From positions 2,528,001 to 2,592,000 of the forward strand of contig CBDCCI010000002.1 in NCBI GenBank assembly GCA_965214705.1: DNA of 64,000 bases, in the 5' to 3' direction. Numbering within the stretch: position 1 is the stretch's first letter; every line of letters starts with the position of its first letter. Both the position numbers and the translations under genes were made by a program. This DNA comes from Alphaproteobacteria bacterium (GTDB lineage Bacteria; Pseudomonadota; Alphaproteobacteria; UBA828). Under the pieces are notes generated by a model that saw only the letters and a list, made by a program, of their open reading frames with translations, made no database searches and had not been told where the DNA came from. This document shows, piece by piece, positions 39,576 to 48,065 of this stretch.

Positions 39576-39634
39576 AATTCCACTCATCCCGCCTAATCCC
39601 ACTCAATTCCACTTAATCTCGGCAAATCCCACGT
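39576..39634. repeat. six ~10-bp phased direct repeats (AAT[TC]CCAC-like)
   Basis: AATTCCACTC ATCCCGCCT AATCCCACTC AATTCCACTT AATCTCGGCA AATCCCACGT. Confidence 0.75.
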
Positions 39635-39722
39635 CTCTTCCTGCGCCGCCGGATCGGCACCGGTTGTCAGGGCCCGCTGGCTTCCATAGTCTCCGCGCCA
39701 ATCAAGCCGAGAGGAGGTCGCG

Positions 39723-40625
39723 ATGGCCAAGAAGGAAATCTTCGTGGGGATCGGCGTGGACGTCGATTCGGTGGCAGGGCAAATCGGCTCCTATGCCGGC
39801 GGCGATTCGCCGAGCGACATCTCGCGGGGCGTGTTCGCCTCCGAGGTCGGAACCCCCCGCATGCTCAAGCTGTTCGACCGGGTGGGCATTCAGACCAGCT
39901 GGTTCATTCCCGGCCATTCGATCGAGACCTTCCCCAGGGAGATGAAGGCGGTCGCGGCGGCGGGGCACGAGATCGGGCTGCACGGCTACACCCACGAGAA
40001 CCCGATCGCCATGACGCCCGAGCAGGAGGCGGACGTCCTCGACAAGTCCCTGGATCTGGTTACCAAGCTCGCCGGCAAGGCGCCCACGGGCTATGTCGCG
40101 CCCTGGTGGGAGATGAGCGCGTATACGCCGCACCTGCTGATGGAGCGCGGCATCAAGTACGACCACAGCCAGATGCACAACGACTTCGAGCCCTACTGGA
40201 TGCGGATCAACGAGGAGTGGACGTTGATCGACTATTCCAAGCCGGCGAAGTCGTGGATGAAGCCGATGAAGAAGGGCACCACCTTCCCCATCGTGCAGAT
40301 CCCCGGCAGCTGGTACCTCGACGACCTGCCGCCGATGATGTTCATGAAGAAGGTGCCGAACTCCGGCGGCTGGACCAACCCGCGCGACATCGAGGAGTGG
40401 TGGCGCGATCAATTCGACTGGGTCTATCGCGAGATGGACTACGCGGTCTACACGCTCACCATCCACCCGGACATCTCGGGCCGGCCGCAGACGCTGCTGA
40501 TGCTGGAGCGGATCATCGCCCACATCGCCAACCATGAGGGGGTGATCTGGGCGACCTTCGACGAGATCGCCGACGATTTCATCAAGCGCCGGCCGTTCAA
40601 GGGCAAGCGGCAACGGAAGAAATAG
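39723..40625 (+). CDS. polysaccharide deacetylase family cyclic-imide hydrolase (PuuE/PgdA-like)
   Basis: [32 protein letters not shown]. Confidence 0.9.
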   Translation: MAKKEIFVGIGVDVDSVAGQIGSYAGGDSPSDISRGVFASEVGTPRMLKLFDRVGIQTSWFIPGHSIETFPREMKAVAAAGHEIGLHGYTHENPIAMTPEQEADVLDKSLDLVTKLAGKAPTGYVAPWWEMSAYTPHLLMERGIKYDHSQMHNDFEPYWMRINEEWTLIDYSKPAKSWMKPMKKGTTFPIVQIPGSWYLDDLPPMMFMKKVPNSGGWTNPRDIEEWWRDQFDWVYREMDYAVYTLTIHPDISGRPQTLLMLERIIAHIANHEGVIWATFDEIADDFIKRRPFKGKRQRKK

Positions 40626-40639
40626 GCCGCTCGCCCGCG

Positions 40640-41002
40640 ATGTGCGCGCTTTGCGGCGTCCTCACCGACGGCCCGCACTGGACTGAGGCAGGCACCGATG
40701 CAGGCCGGAGCGACGCGGCGCCGACCGGCCGGGAGCGGCACCTGGAGCGCACGCGCCGCCTCGCGCTGCTGAACCGCGTGCTCGGCGCCTACGGCTGCAC
40801 CGCCGACGACTGGGCCGGCGCGCAATACATGTTGCACAGGCGGAGCGGTGGCGCGACCGAGATGGCGGCCGATCTGCCGACGCTCTGGGCCGCCGTCGAA
40901 GGGCTGGTCGGGTACGCGCCCGACCCGCTCGACCCCGCCCTGGTGGAGCAGCTCGAGGCAGCGCCGTCAGCCGGGGGCCGCGCTTCCCGGCGGCGGGCGT
41001 AG
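40640..41002 (+). CDS. conserved-looking hypothetical protein with N-terminal MCxxC motif
   Basis: MCALCG...HW...DW.G...LW...DPLDP; tightly packed between the deacetylase and CobW genes. Confidence 0.75.
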   Translation: MCALCGVLTDGPHWTEAGTDAGRSDAAPTGRERHLERTRRLALLNRVLGAYGCTADDWAGAQYMLHRRSGGATEMAADLPTLWAAVEGLVGYAPDPLDPALVEQLEAAPSAGGRASRRRA

Positions 41003-41007
41003 GGGCG

Positions 41008-42057
41008 ATGGCGACTTACACGCGGCTCACCCCGGTGATCGTCGTCACCGGCTTCCTCGGCAGCGGCAAGACGACGCTGCTCAACCACATGCTGCGCCAC
41101 CCTTCCCTCGCCGACGCCGCGGTGCTGGTGAACGAGTTCGGCGCCGTGGGGCTCGACCACTTCCTGGTCGAGGCGATGGACGAGAACACGGTGCTGCTGG
41201 AGAGCGGCTGCCTCTGCTGCACCATCAGGGGCGACCTCAAGGACGCGATCATCGACCTCAACAGCCGGCGCGCCCGCGGCGAGATTCCGCCCTACCGGCG
41301 GCTGATCGTCGAGACCACGGGGCTCGCGGACCCGGCGCCGATCCTGTTCACGCTGAGCGCGGACACGGTGCTGAAGCACCACTACCGCCTGGGCTCGGTG
41401 ATCACGACGGTGGATGGCGTGAACGGGCTCCGGCAGCTCAAGCGCCATCCGGAATCGGTGAAGCAGGCGACGGTGGCGGACCGGATCGTGCTGACCAAGC
41501 CCGACATCGCCGACGCCGACACGCTTGCCCGGCTGCGCGCCAAGCTCACGAGGCTCAACCGCTCGGCCGACCAGATCACCGCCGTGAACGGCGAGGTGAA
41601 TGTGCCGCGCGTGCTGCGCGCCGATGTCTACGATGCGCGCACCAAGGGCGCCGAGGTGCGCCGCTGGCTTGCCGACGAAGCGGCGAAGGACGCGGCGGCA
41701 GACCACGCCCACGGGCACGGCCGCGACGTCTCGCGCCACGACGAGCACATCCACTCCTTCACGCTGAGCTTCGAGGGCGCGCTGGACTGGACCGCCTTCG
41801 GCATCTGGCTGACCATGCTGCTGCACACCCACGGCGAGAAGGTGCTGCGCGTGAAGGGCATCCTCAACGTCGCAGGCACGGACGCGCCGGTGGTGGTCAA
41901 CGGCGTGCAGCACGTGGTCCACCCGCCGATCCATCTCCGCGCCTGGCCGAGCGGCGACCGCCGCTCGCACATCGTCTTCATCGTCGACGACCTCGCACAA
42001 GCGGACATCGAGCGCTCGCTCGCCGCCTTCAACAACATCGCCGCCGAGGCGGCCTGA
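41008..42057 (+). CDS. CobW/COG0523 family metallochaperone GTPase
   Basis: GFLGSGKTT, NEFG, GCLCC, ETTG, TKPD, short His-rich linker, LRVKG. Confidence 0.94.
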   Translation: MATYTRLTPVIVVTGFLGSGKTTLLNHMLRHPSLADAAVLVNEFGAVGLDHFLVEAMDENTVLLESGCLCCTIRGDLKDAIIDLNSRRARGEIPPYRRLIVETTGLADPAPILFTLSADTVLKHHYRLGSVITTVDGVNGLRQLKRHPESVKQATVADRIVLTKPDIADADTLARLRAKLTRLNRSADQITAVNGEVNVPRVLRADVYDARTKGAEVRRWLADEAAKDAAADHAHGHGRDVSRHDEHIHSFTLSFEGALDWTAFGIWLTMLLHTHGEKVLRVKGILNVAGTDAPVVVNGVQHVVHPPIHLRAWPSGDRRSHIVFIVDDLAQADIERSLAAFNNIAAEAA

Positions 42058-42067
42058 GGAGAGCATC

Positions 42068-43012
42068 ATGTCGGACAAGATCGCGATGGTCGGCGCCGGC
42101 CTGGTCGGCAGCGCCTGGGCGATCGTCTTCGCCCGCGCGGGCCACCGGGTCGCCCTCTACGACGGGACCGAGGGCCAGTGCGAGGCCGCGCTCGCACGCA
42201 TCGAGACCAACCTCAAGGCCCTCCAAGGCCACGGGCTGATCGAGGATCCCGCGGCGGCGCGAGCGCGTATCTCCATCGCCGCGGGCCTCGCCGATGCCCT
42301 CGACGGCGCGGCCCACGCGCAGGAAAGCGTGTTCGAGCGCGCCGACGTGAAGCGCGCGGTGTACGAGCAGATCGACGGCGTCGCGGGGCCGGAACTGGTC
42401 GTGGCGTCCTCCTCCTCCGGCATTCCCGCCTCCACCTTCACGGAGGGGCTGGGGATCGGCCCGCGCTGCCTGATCGCGCATCCCATCAACCCGCCCTACG
42501 TGATCCCGCTCGTCGAAATCGTGCCGGCGCCCTGGACCGAGGAAGAGACGGTCACGCGTTGCTGGAAGTTGATGGAGGCGGCCGGCATGGAGCCGGTACG
42601 GCTCACGCGGGAGATCGACGGTTTCATCGCCAACCGGCTGCAGGCGGCACTCCTGTGGGAGGCCTTCCGCCTGCTGGAAGGCGGCTACGCCACGGCGAAG
42701 GACATCGACATGACGATCTCGGCCGGCCTCGGCCGCCGCTGGTCATTCATCGGGCCGTTCGAGACCATCGACCTGAACGCACCGGGCGGCCTTGCCGATT
42801 TCTGCGCGCGACTCGGCGAGGGCTTCTACGAGTTCGTGAAGCAAGGCGAGCCGGCCGAGCCCTGGTCGGACGCGGTGGTCGCTAAGGCGCACGAGGAGCG
42901 GCGCGGGCAGCTGCCGATGGCCGACCACACCGGGCGCCAGGCATGGCGCGACCGCCGCCTCATGGGCCTCGCCGCGCACCTCCGCGACGCCCGCCGCGAC
43001 GTCGGGGATTAG
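42068..43012 (+). CDS. 3-hydroxyacyl-CoA dehydrogenase family (L-gulonate/carnitine dehydrogenase-like)
   Basis: GAGLVG..WA, QESVFE, SSSSG, HPINPP, GFIANRLQ. Confidence 0.9.
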   Translation: MSDKIAMVGAGLVGSAWAIVFARAGHRVALYDGTEGQCEAALARIETNLKALQGHGLIEDPAAARARISIAAGLADALDGAAHAQESVFERADVKRAVYEQIDGVAGPELVVASSSSGIPASTFTEGLGIGPRCLIAHPINPPYVIPLVEIVPAPWTEEETVTRCWKLMEAAGMEPVRLTREIDGFIANRLQAALLWEAFRLLEGGYATAKDIDMTISAGLGRRWSFIGPFETIDLNAPGGLADFCARLGEGFYEFVKQGEPAEPWSDAVVAKAHEERRGQLPMADHTGRQAWRDRRLMGLAAHLRDARRDVGD

Positions 43013-43034
43013 GCGGGGCACTCCCGACAACCGG

Positions 43035-43883
43035 CTATCCGTAGTTATAGCCGGTGAGTTCCTCGCTCAGCTCCCACAAGCGCTGCCCGGTTTCCTCTTC
43101 GCGCGAGACGAGCGAGCTGGTGGTTTCGCGGCTCTTGTCGAAGTAGCGGCCCGACACGCCCTCGACATCGGCACCGGCCGCAACATGGACGCTGGTGCGC
43201 GCGCCGGCCTCCACGTCGATCGCGGAGAAGCGCATCAGGGTCTTCAGAAACGTGGAGAAGAGCCAGCCGTTGTTCTGGCCGAACTGGCTGGCGACGAAGC
43301 CAGGGTGCAGGCAATTCGTCGTGACGGGTGTCTCGGACAAAACGGCCGCGAGGCGATAGGTGAAGAGGATGTTGGCGAGCTTGCTCTGCTGATAGGCGCG
43401 CCAACCGCTGTAGCGCTTCATGCCCTGCGGGTCTTCCAGGTCCATCTGTCCGCCACGATGGGCCTCGGAGGCCACGTTGACGATGCGGGCCGCGGCGCTC
43501 GCCTTCAGATTCTCCAGCAAGAGCCCGGTCAGCAGGAAGTAGCCCAGATGGTTGAGGGCGAAGGTCATCTCGATCCCGTCGACGCTCTCGCGCCGGCGGT
43601 TGAATATGGCGCCGACGTTGTTCACCAGCACGTCGATGGCGGTGCCGCCCTCGGTGAGGCGCTTCGCCAACGCCCTGATCTCGGCCTGACTCGATAGGTC
43701 CGCCTGCTCGAAGCGCACGCGGTCGTTGCGGGACGAGCGGCGAATCGCCTTGCAGACCTCCGCGCCCTTGGCGGCGTTGCGCCCGACGAGCACGACCTCG
43801 GCTCCCCGTTCGGCCAGCGCCCGCGCAGTGACGCGGCCGATCCCGTCGGTCGCGCCGGTGACGATGCAGAGCTTGCCTTCCAT
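43035..43883 (-). CDS. SDR oxidoreductase (retinol dehydrogenase-like)
   Basis: TGATDGIG, NNVG, NHLGYF, YQQSK, HPGFV; start at MEGK. Confidence 0.92.
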   Translation of the reverse strand: MEGKLCIVTGATDGIGRVTARALAERGAEVVLVGRNAAKGAEVCKAIRRSSRNDRVRFEQADLSSQAEIRALAKRLTEGGTAIDVLVNNVGAIFNRRRESVDGIEMTFALNHLGYFLLTGLLLENLKASAAARIVNVASEAHRGGQMDLEDPQGMKRYSGWRAYQQSKLANILFTYRLAAVLSETPVTTNCLHPGFVASQFGQNNGWLFSTFLKTLMRFSAIDVEAGARTSVHVAAGADVEGVSGRYFDKSRETTSSLVSREEETGQRLWELSEELTGYNYG

Positions 43884-44995
43884 CGCTCGTCTCCTCCTCG
43901 TCCGTCCCTGCTGTTTTCGCGTCAGCTTGGCAGCGGGAGGCGAAGGGTCAAGCGGCAAGCGCGGAAGCGGGGAAGGTCGTTCGACAAGTGTCGATCCAAC
44001 GAAATGTGCAGCAACCGAGGGAGCATTCCTGAAGGGTCACGATCAAGACCGGGTCGCGTTGTTTGTCGACGCCAGAGTGAATGCAATCGATCTGCCTTCC
44101 GGCAGAACCGCAGATGAACGTGCCGCGCAGGGAAGGTGCGCGAACGAGTTTCGCACCCCTCACCGTCGCGAGGTTTCCGCTTCGACCAGCTGTCGGGTGA
44201 GAGTTAATCGGTCCCTGCACTTACAGACGTACCTGAAATTCCCTCAGGGTCCGAAGTCATCTCTTTTCGGAACCGCCTCCGGCCCGAGGTGCCACCACCT
44301 TGCCTGATGACCTTGCTCGATTTTGGAAGCAGGGTCATTAGAAAATCCAATATGGAATCAGTCTCTCAGCAAACACAGCTGATGCCTATCTCGATATAAC
44401 GAGTATTCCTCCTGATATGTTGCCGCTTTAATTATATCGAGACCGCAGCGAATTAGTAAGCGCTGCGAGCGCCCCACCTTACGGCTTTCTCTGTGATGAG
44501 GTTCGATGATCCTCTGGCTGTGGAGGATCATGCGATGGATGGTTTCGATATTCTGCGTGGGTCGGTTCCGCGACAAGCGAAGGAAGAGGTTGGCGACGAG
44601 GACGAGGCAAGCAAGGCCTCGGAGGGTTCGCAGGACGGCGCGCGTCAGCGAGAGTGGTCGGACGAAGAGAAGGCGTGGATCGTCCAAGGTTAAGGGTTGG
44701 GCAGGCTCTCTCTCGAGAGCCTGCCCAACCCTTTTGAACGAAGCCGCGGGCCACGAGAGGCGAAGTTGAGCTATGTGGAAAGTGCGCTGATGTCAGCGTC
44801 AGGCGGCATCCACCGGCAGCAGAGTTGCGCATAAAATCGACGCTCGCGCCGGTCTTTCGGCAGGCATGCGGGCGCACGCTGCGAGGACTGAGCGGGGTGT
44901 GAGCCGAGGGCTGTCAGCCCGGCTCAAGCGGAGACAGGTTCGGTCGTGCGTCGGCGCTTTGGCGCCGTTGCGCGGGGCCGAAGCGAGCGGGCGTC

Positions 44996-46237
44996 TCACG
45001 GTTTCCCCCTGTGGGTCGGCGGCAGCGCCGGCGGGCCGCGCGTCGAGCGGGGCTCATGGCGGCGGCGGATTTCGCGGACGAGGCGCATGACGCCGCCGCA
45101 GTGGGGGCAGGCCACGGGCGCGGTGCCGATCTCGGGCTCTTCGTCGGGCTCGGCCCGAGCGCCGTCCACGCTTCCCTCGGGGGCGGCGCAGCCGAGGGCG
45201 CCGAGAGCCTGGCGTGCTCTCTCCAGCGTGCTGGCGCGGCAGCCGTTGGCGAGGATGCCGAAGTAGCGAATGCGGTGCATGCCGTCCGGCAGGACGTGCC
45301 TCAGGAAGCGGCGGATGAACTCGTCGGCGCTCACGGTGGCGATGCCGTAGCGCGGCTTTCTCTGCCCCGGCGCCTTGGGCTTTCGGTGGCGGAAGGAGAC
45401 CGTCTCGCCGTCGAAGGAGACGATGCGGCTGTCGGAGATGGCGATCCTGTGCGTGTAGTGCGAGAGGTACCGGAAGACCTGCTCAGGCCCGCGGAAGGGC
45501 CGCTTGGCGTAGACCACCCAGTCCCTGGCCCGGGCGGCGGCAAGCGTGGCGTGGAACTCGCCGGGATTGGCGAGGTGGGCGAGGGTGCCGTGGAACTCCA
45601 GGTCCCCCCGGCCGTGGGCGCGGGCGAGCTCCTTGAGGAAGAGGCGGCGGAACAGGCTGCCGAGGACCTTGACGGGGGCGAGGAAGGTGGTGCTCCCCGT
45701 CTTCCACTCGCCACTGTCTACGTCGAAGCCCGCGTTGGGCACGACCACGTGCAGGTGCGGGTGGAAGCGGAGCTTCTGATCCCAGGTATGGAGGACCGCG
45801 GTGCCGCCGATGCGCATGCCGCCGTGGCGGGGATCGGCGGCGATGGTGCGCAGGGTCTCGGCGACGGCCCGGAAGAGGATGTCGAACACCACCCTGCGGT
45901 TGCAGAAGGCAATGGCGGCAACCTCCTTGGGCAGGGTGAAGACCACATGGAAGTAGGGCACCGGCAGGATGTCCCCGGCGCGCTCCTCGCTCCAGAGGTT
46001 GGCGGCGAGACCCTGGCAGGTGGGGCAGTGGCGGTTGCGGCAGGAGTTGAAGAGCGGATGCTCGCGCCCGCAGCCCTCGCAGGCGTACATGTGGCCGCCG
46101 AGCACGGCGGTGCGGCACGCCTCGATGGCGCCCATGACCTTGAGCCGGGCGGCGTCGATGCGCCCTTTGTGGCGCTCACGGAAAGCGGCGCCGGCGCGGC
46201 GGAAGATCTCCGCCACGCCCGCGCGTTCGGCCTCCAC
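44996..46237 (-). CDS. IS91 family transposase
   Basis: Zn-binding CR..LGGH..C..C..NSCRNRHCPTC, YFHVVFTLP, LHTW...HPHLH (HUH), YLSHY (Y2), CPHCG. Confidence 0.95.
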   Translation of the reverse strand: MEAERAGVAEIFRRAGAAFRERHKGRIDAARLKVMGAIEACRTAVLGGHMYACEGCGREHPLFNSCRNRHCPTCQGLAANLWSEERAGDILPVPYFHVVFTLPKEVAAIAFCNRRVVFDILFRAVAETLRTIAADPRHGGMRIGGTAVLHTWDQKLRFHPHLHVVVPNAGFDVDSGEWKTGSTTFLAPVKVLGSLFRRLFLKELARAHGRGDLEFHGTLAHLANPGEFHATLAAARARDWVVYAKRPFRGPEQVFRYLSHYTHRIAISDSRIVSFDGETVSFRHRKPKAPGQRKPRYGIATVSADEFIRRFLRHVLPDGMHRIRYFGILANGCRASTLERARQALGALGCAAPEGSVDGARAEPDEEPEIGTAPVACPHCGGVMRLVREIRRRHEPRSTRGPPALPPTHRGKP

Positions 46238-46243
46238 GCGCCG

Positions 46244-47122
46244 TCAGTTGCGCAACGCTGCGAAGCCTGAGATCGGGTGGTCGAGGCCCTCGAACATCTT
46301 GCCGGTGACGCGGGCGTAGTGACGGGTCGTGTTCGCGCTTCGATGGCCGAGCATGTCCCGGATCACCTCGATATCGCCGCCGCGCTCGAGGAGATGGGTC
46401 GCCGCCGAATGGCGCAGGCAATGGAAGGTGTAGCTGCGGTCGAGCTCGGCAATGTCGCGCGCCCTCCTGAAGGCGGCCTGCAAGGTCTCCGTTGCGATGG
46501 GCCTGTCGAGCGAGACGCCGTAGAAGAGCCAGTTCGTCGGACGCGGCCAGATGTTCCTGTAGTAGACGCGCAAGTAGTGGATGACGATGTCCGGCAACGG
46601 TGCCATTCTCTCGGTGCCGCCTTTGCCGGAGGGGATGTGCAGCAGCTTCTTCTCCGACAGGATGTCGCCGACCTTGATGGCCAAGGTCTCGGAGATGCGG
46701 AGCCCGCCGCCATAGCCGGTGACAATGGCAGCACGGTGGCGGAGGTCGGGTGTCGCAAGGATGAGGTGCTCGACCTCCTGCTCCGACATGTAGCGCGGCA
46801 GCTTGCCGGGCTTCTTGCGGGAGCGCAGGCCGGCGACATGGTCAGGCCAGCCGAGTGTGTCGATGTAGAGGAAGTTCAGCGCGGCGAAGGAGACGTTGGT
46901 CGTGCCCGGACTGAGCCCCTTGTCGATCCGCCCCAGGTACCACTGGCGCACCTGCTCGGCGTCGAGCTCGTCCGGCGAGGCGTCGTAGTACCTGGCCAGG
47001 TTCTTGATCTCGCAGATGTAGGCCTTGGACGTGCTCGCGGCCAGATTGGCGATGCGGAGCTGCTCCTCCATGCGCTGGCGAAGAGGGGTGACGGTGTTCG
47101 TGTCGCACGCGGTCCCGGTCAT
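46244..47122 (-). CDS. tyrosine recombinase/integrase
   Basis: GLRISE (R), GKGG (K), HCLRHS (HxxR), LGH, TTRHY (Y); start at MTGTAC. Confidence 0.94.
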   Translation of the reverse strand: MTGTACDTNTVTPLRQRMEEQLRIANLAASTSKAYICEIKNLARYYDASPDELDAEQVRQWYLGRIDKGLSPGTTNVSFAALNFLYIDTLGWPDHVAGLRSRKKPGKLPRYMSEQEVEHLILATPDLRHRAAIVTGYGGGLRISETLAIKVGDILSEKKLLHIPSGKGGTERMAPLPDIVIHYLRVYYRNIWPRPTNWLFYGVSLDRPIATETLQAAFRRARDIAELDRSYTFHCLRHSAATHLLERGGDIEVIRDMLGHRSANTTRHYARVTGKMFEGLDHPISGFAALRN

Positions 47123-47637
47123 TATCGATCTCCCTGGATCGCGACGGCGCGCCGCCGGACCGATCCGGCGACGGTCCGTCGCAGGGGTCGATGCTAACCA
47201 CTGGTGATCGGGAGGCTGCTGGGGATCCGCCACCCGACGGGCGGAGCGCCACTGACGCAACCGGGAAGCGAACGCACAGAACAAACGGCACCCGCGACGC
47301 CTCGGAAATGAATGAACTCTACGCCGCTAACTCCGCGTAGCGGCTTCGTTCAAGAGAGTTTTGAGCGGGGGACGACCGTAGAGGAGGTGGCCGAGCGCCA
47401 CGGGGTACCCCCTCGTCGGCTTTCGTACTGGCGCAAGCTGGCTCGCAAGGGCGAGCTCGTGGTTCCCCCGGCGGCGCCGAGCGAGGGACCGTTTGCCACC
47501 GTTGAGGTGGAGTCTGCCCCCGCACCTGCCCATGTGGGCTCGGTCTCGATCGAGGCACGCGGCGTGACGGTACGCCTCGACGGCGACGTGAGCACGGTGC
47601 GCATCACGTCGATCGCCTCGGCGTTGCGAGCGCTTCG

Positions 47638-47991
47638 ATGATCGTTCCGGGCTCCGGCCTGCGGATCGTGGTGGCGACGCGGCCGGTTGATTTCAGGAAG
47701 CAGCACGACGGGCTTGCTGCGATCGTCGCGAGCGATCTCGGTCTGGACCCCTATTCGGGGCTTGTCGTGGTGTTTCGCTGCAAGCGCGCGGACCGGATCA
47801 AGGTGCTGTGGTGGGACGGCACGGGCTTGGTGTTGGCGCACAAGCGTCTGGAGGAGAGCCGCTTTGCCTGGCCCACGGTTCGCGACGGCACGATGCGTCT
47901 GTCGCGCGCGCAATTCGAGGCGCTGTTCGAGGGCCTGGACTGGCGCCGGGTGTGGAGCCGGCGGGCGCGCAAGCCGCTTGCGGCGGCGTGA
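47638..47991 (+). CDS. tnpB: IS66 accessory protein TnpB
   Basis: PVDFRKQHDGL, RIKVLWWDGTG, KRLE...FAWP. Confidence 0.95.
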   Translation: MIVPGSGLRIVVATRPVDFRKQHDGLAAIVASDLGLDPYSGLVVVFRCKRADRIKVLWWDGTGLVLAHKRLEESRFAWPTVRDGTMRLSRAQFEALFEGLDWRRVWSRRARKPLAAA

Positions 47992-48065
47992 TGCAGGGGC
48001 GGCACAGCCCACTTTTGCGCTCTCTCTTCTTTACTAAGTAGCTGATTCCGTGATAGTATTCTGCG

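Larger units (their letters stand above)
44689..47354 (-). mobile_element. integrase + IS91-type (Y2 HUH) transposase element
   Basis: Boundaries defined by the split tnpA; CAAG at both junctions (44685-44688, 47351-47354); inverted TTGAACGAAGCCGC at 44734-44747 and 47340-47353. Confidence 0.88.
44535..47641 (+). pseudogene. tnpA: IS66 tnpA split by insertion (44535-44687 + 47354-47641)
   Basis: Joining the halves restores ...REWSDEEKAWIVQ|ESFERGTTVEEVAERHGV... (HTH of TnpA), 146 aa in one frame. Confidence 0.9.

Noticed and set aside
39576-39634. CRISPR array
   Set aside because: Units are about 10 bp with no spacers; no cas genes in the window
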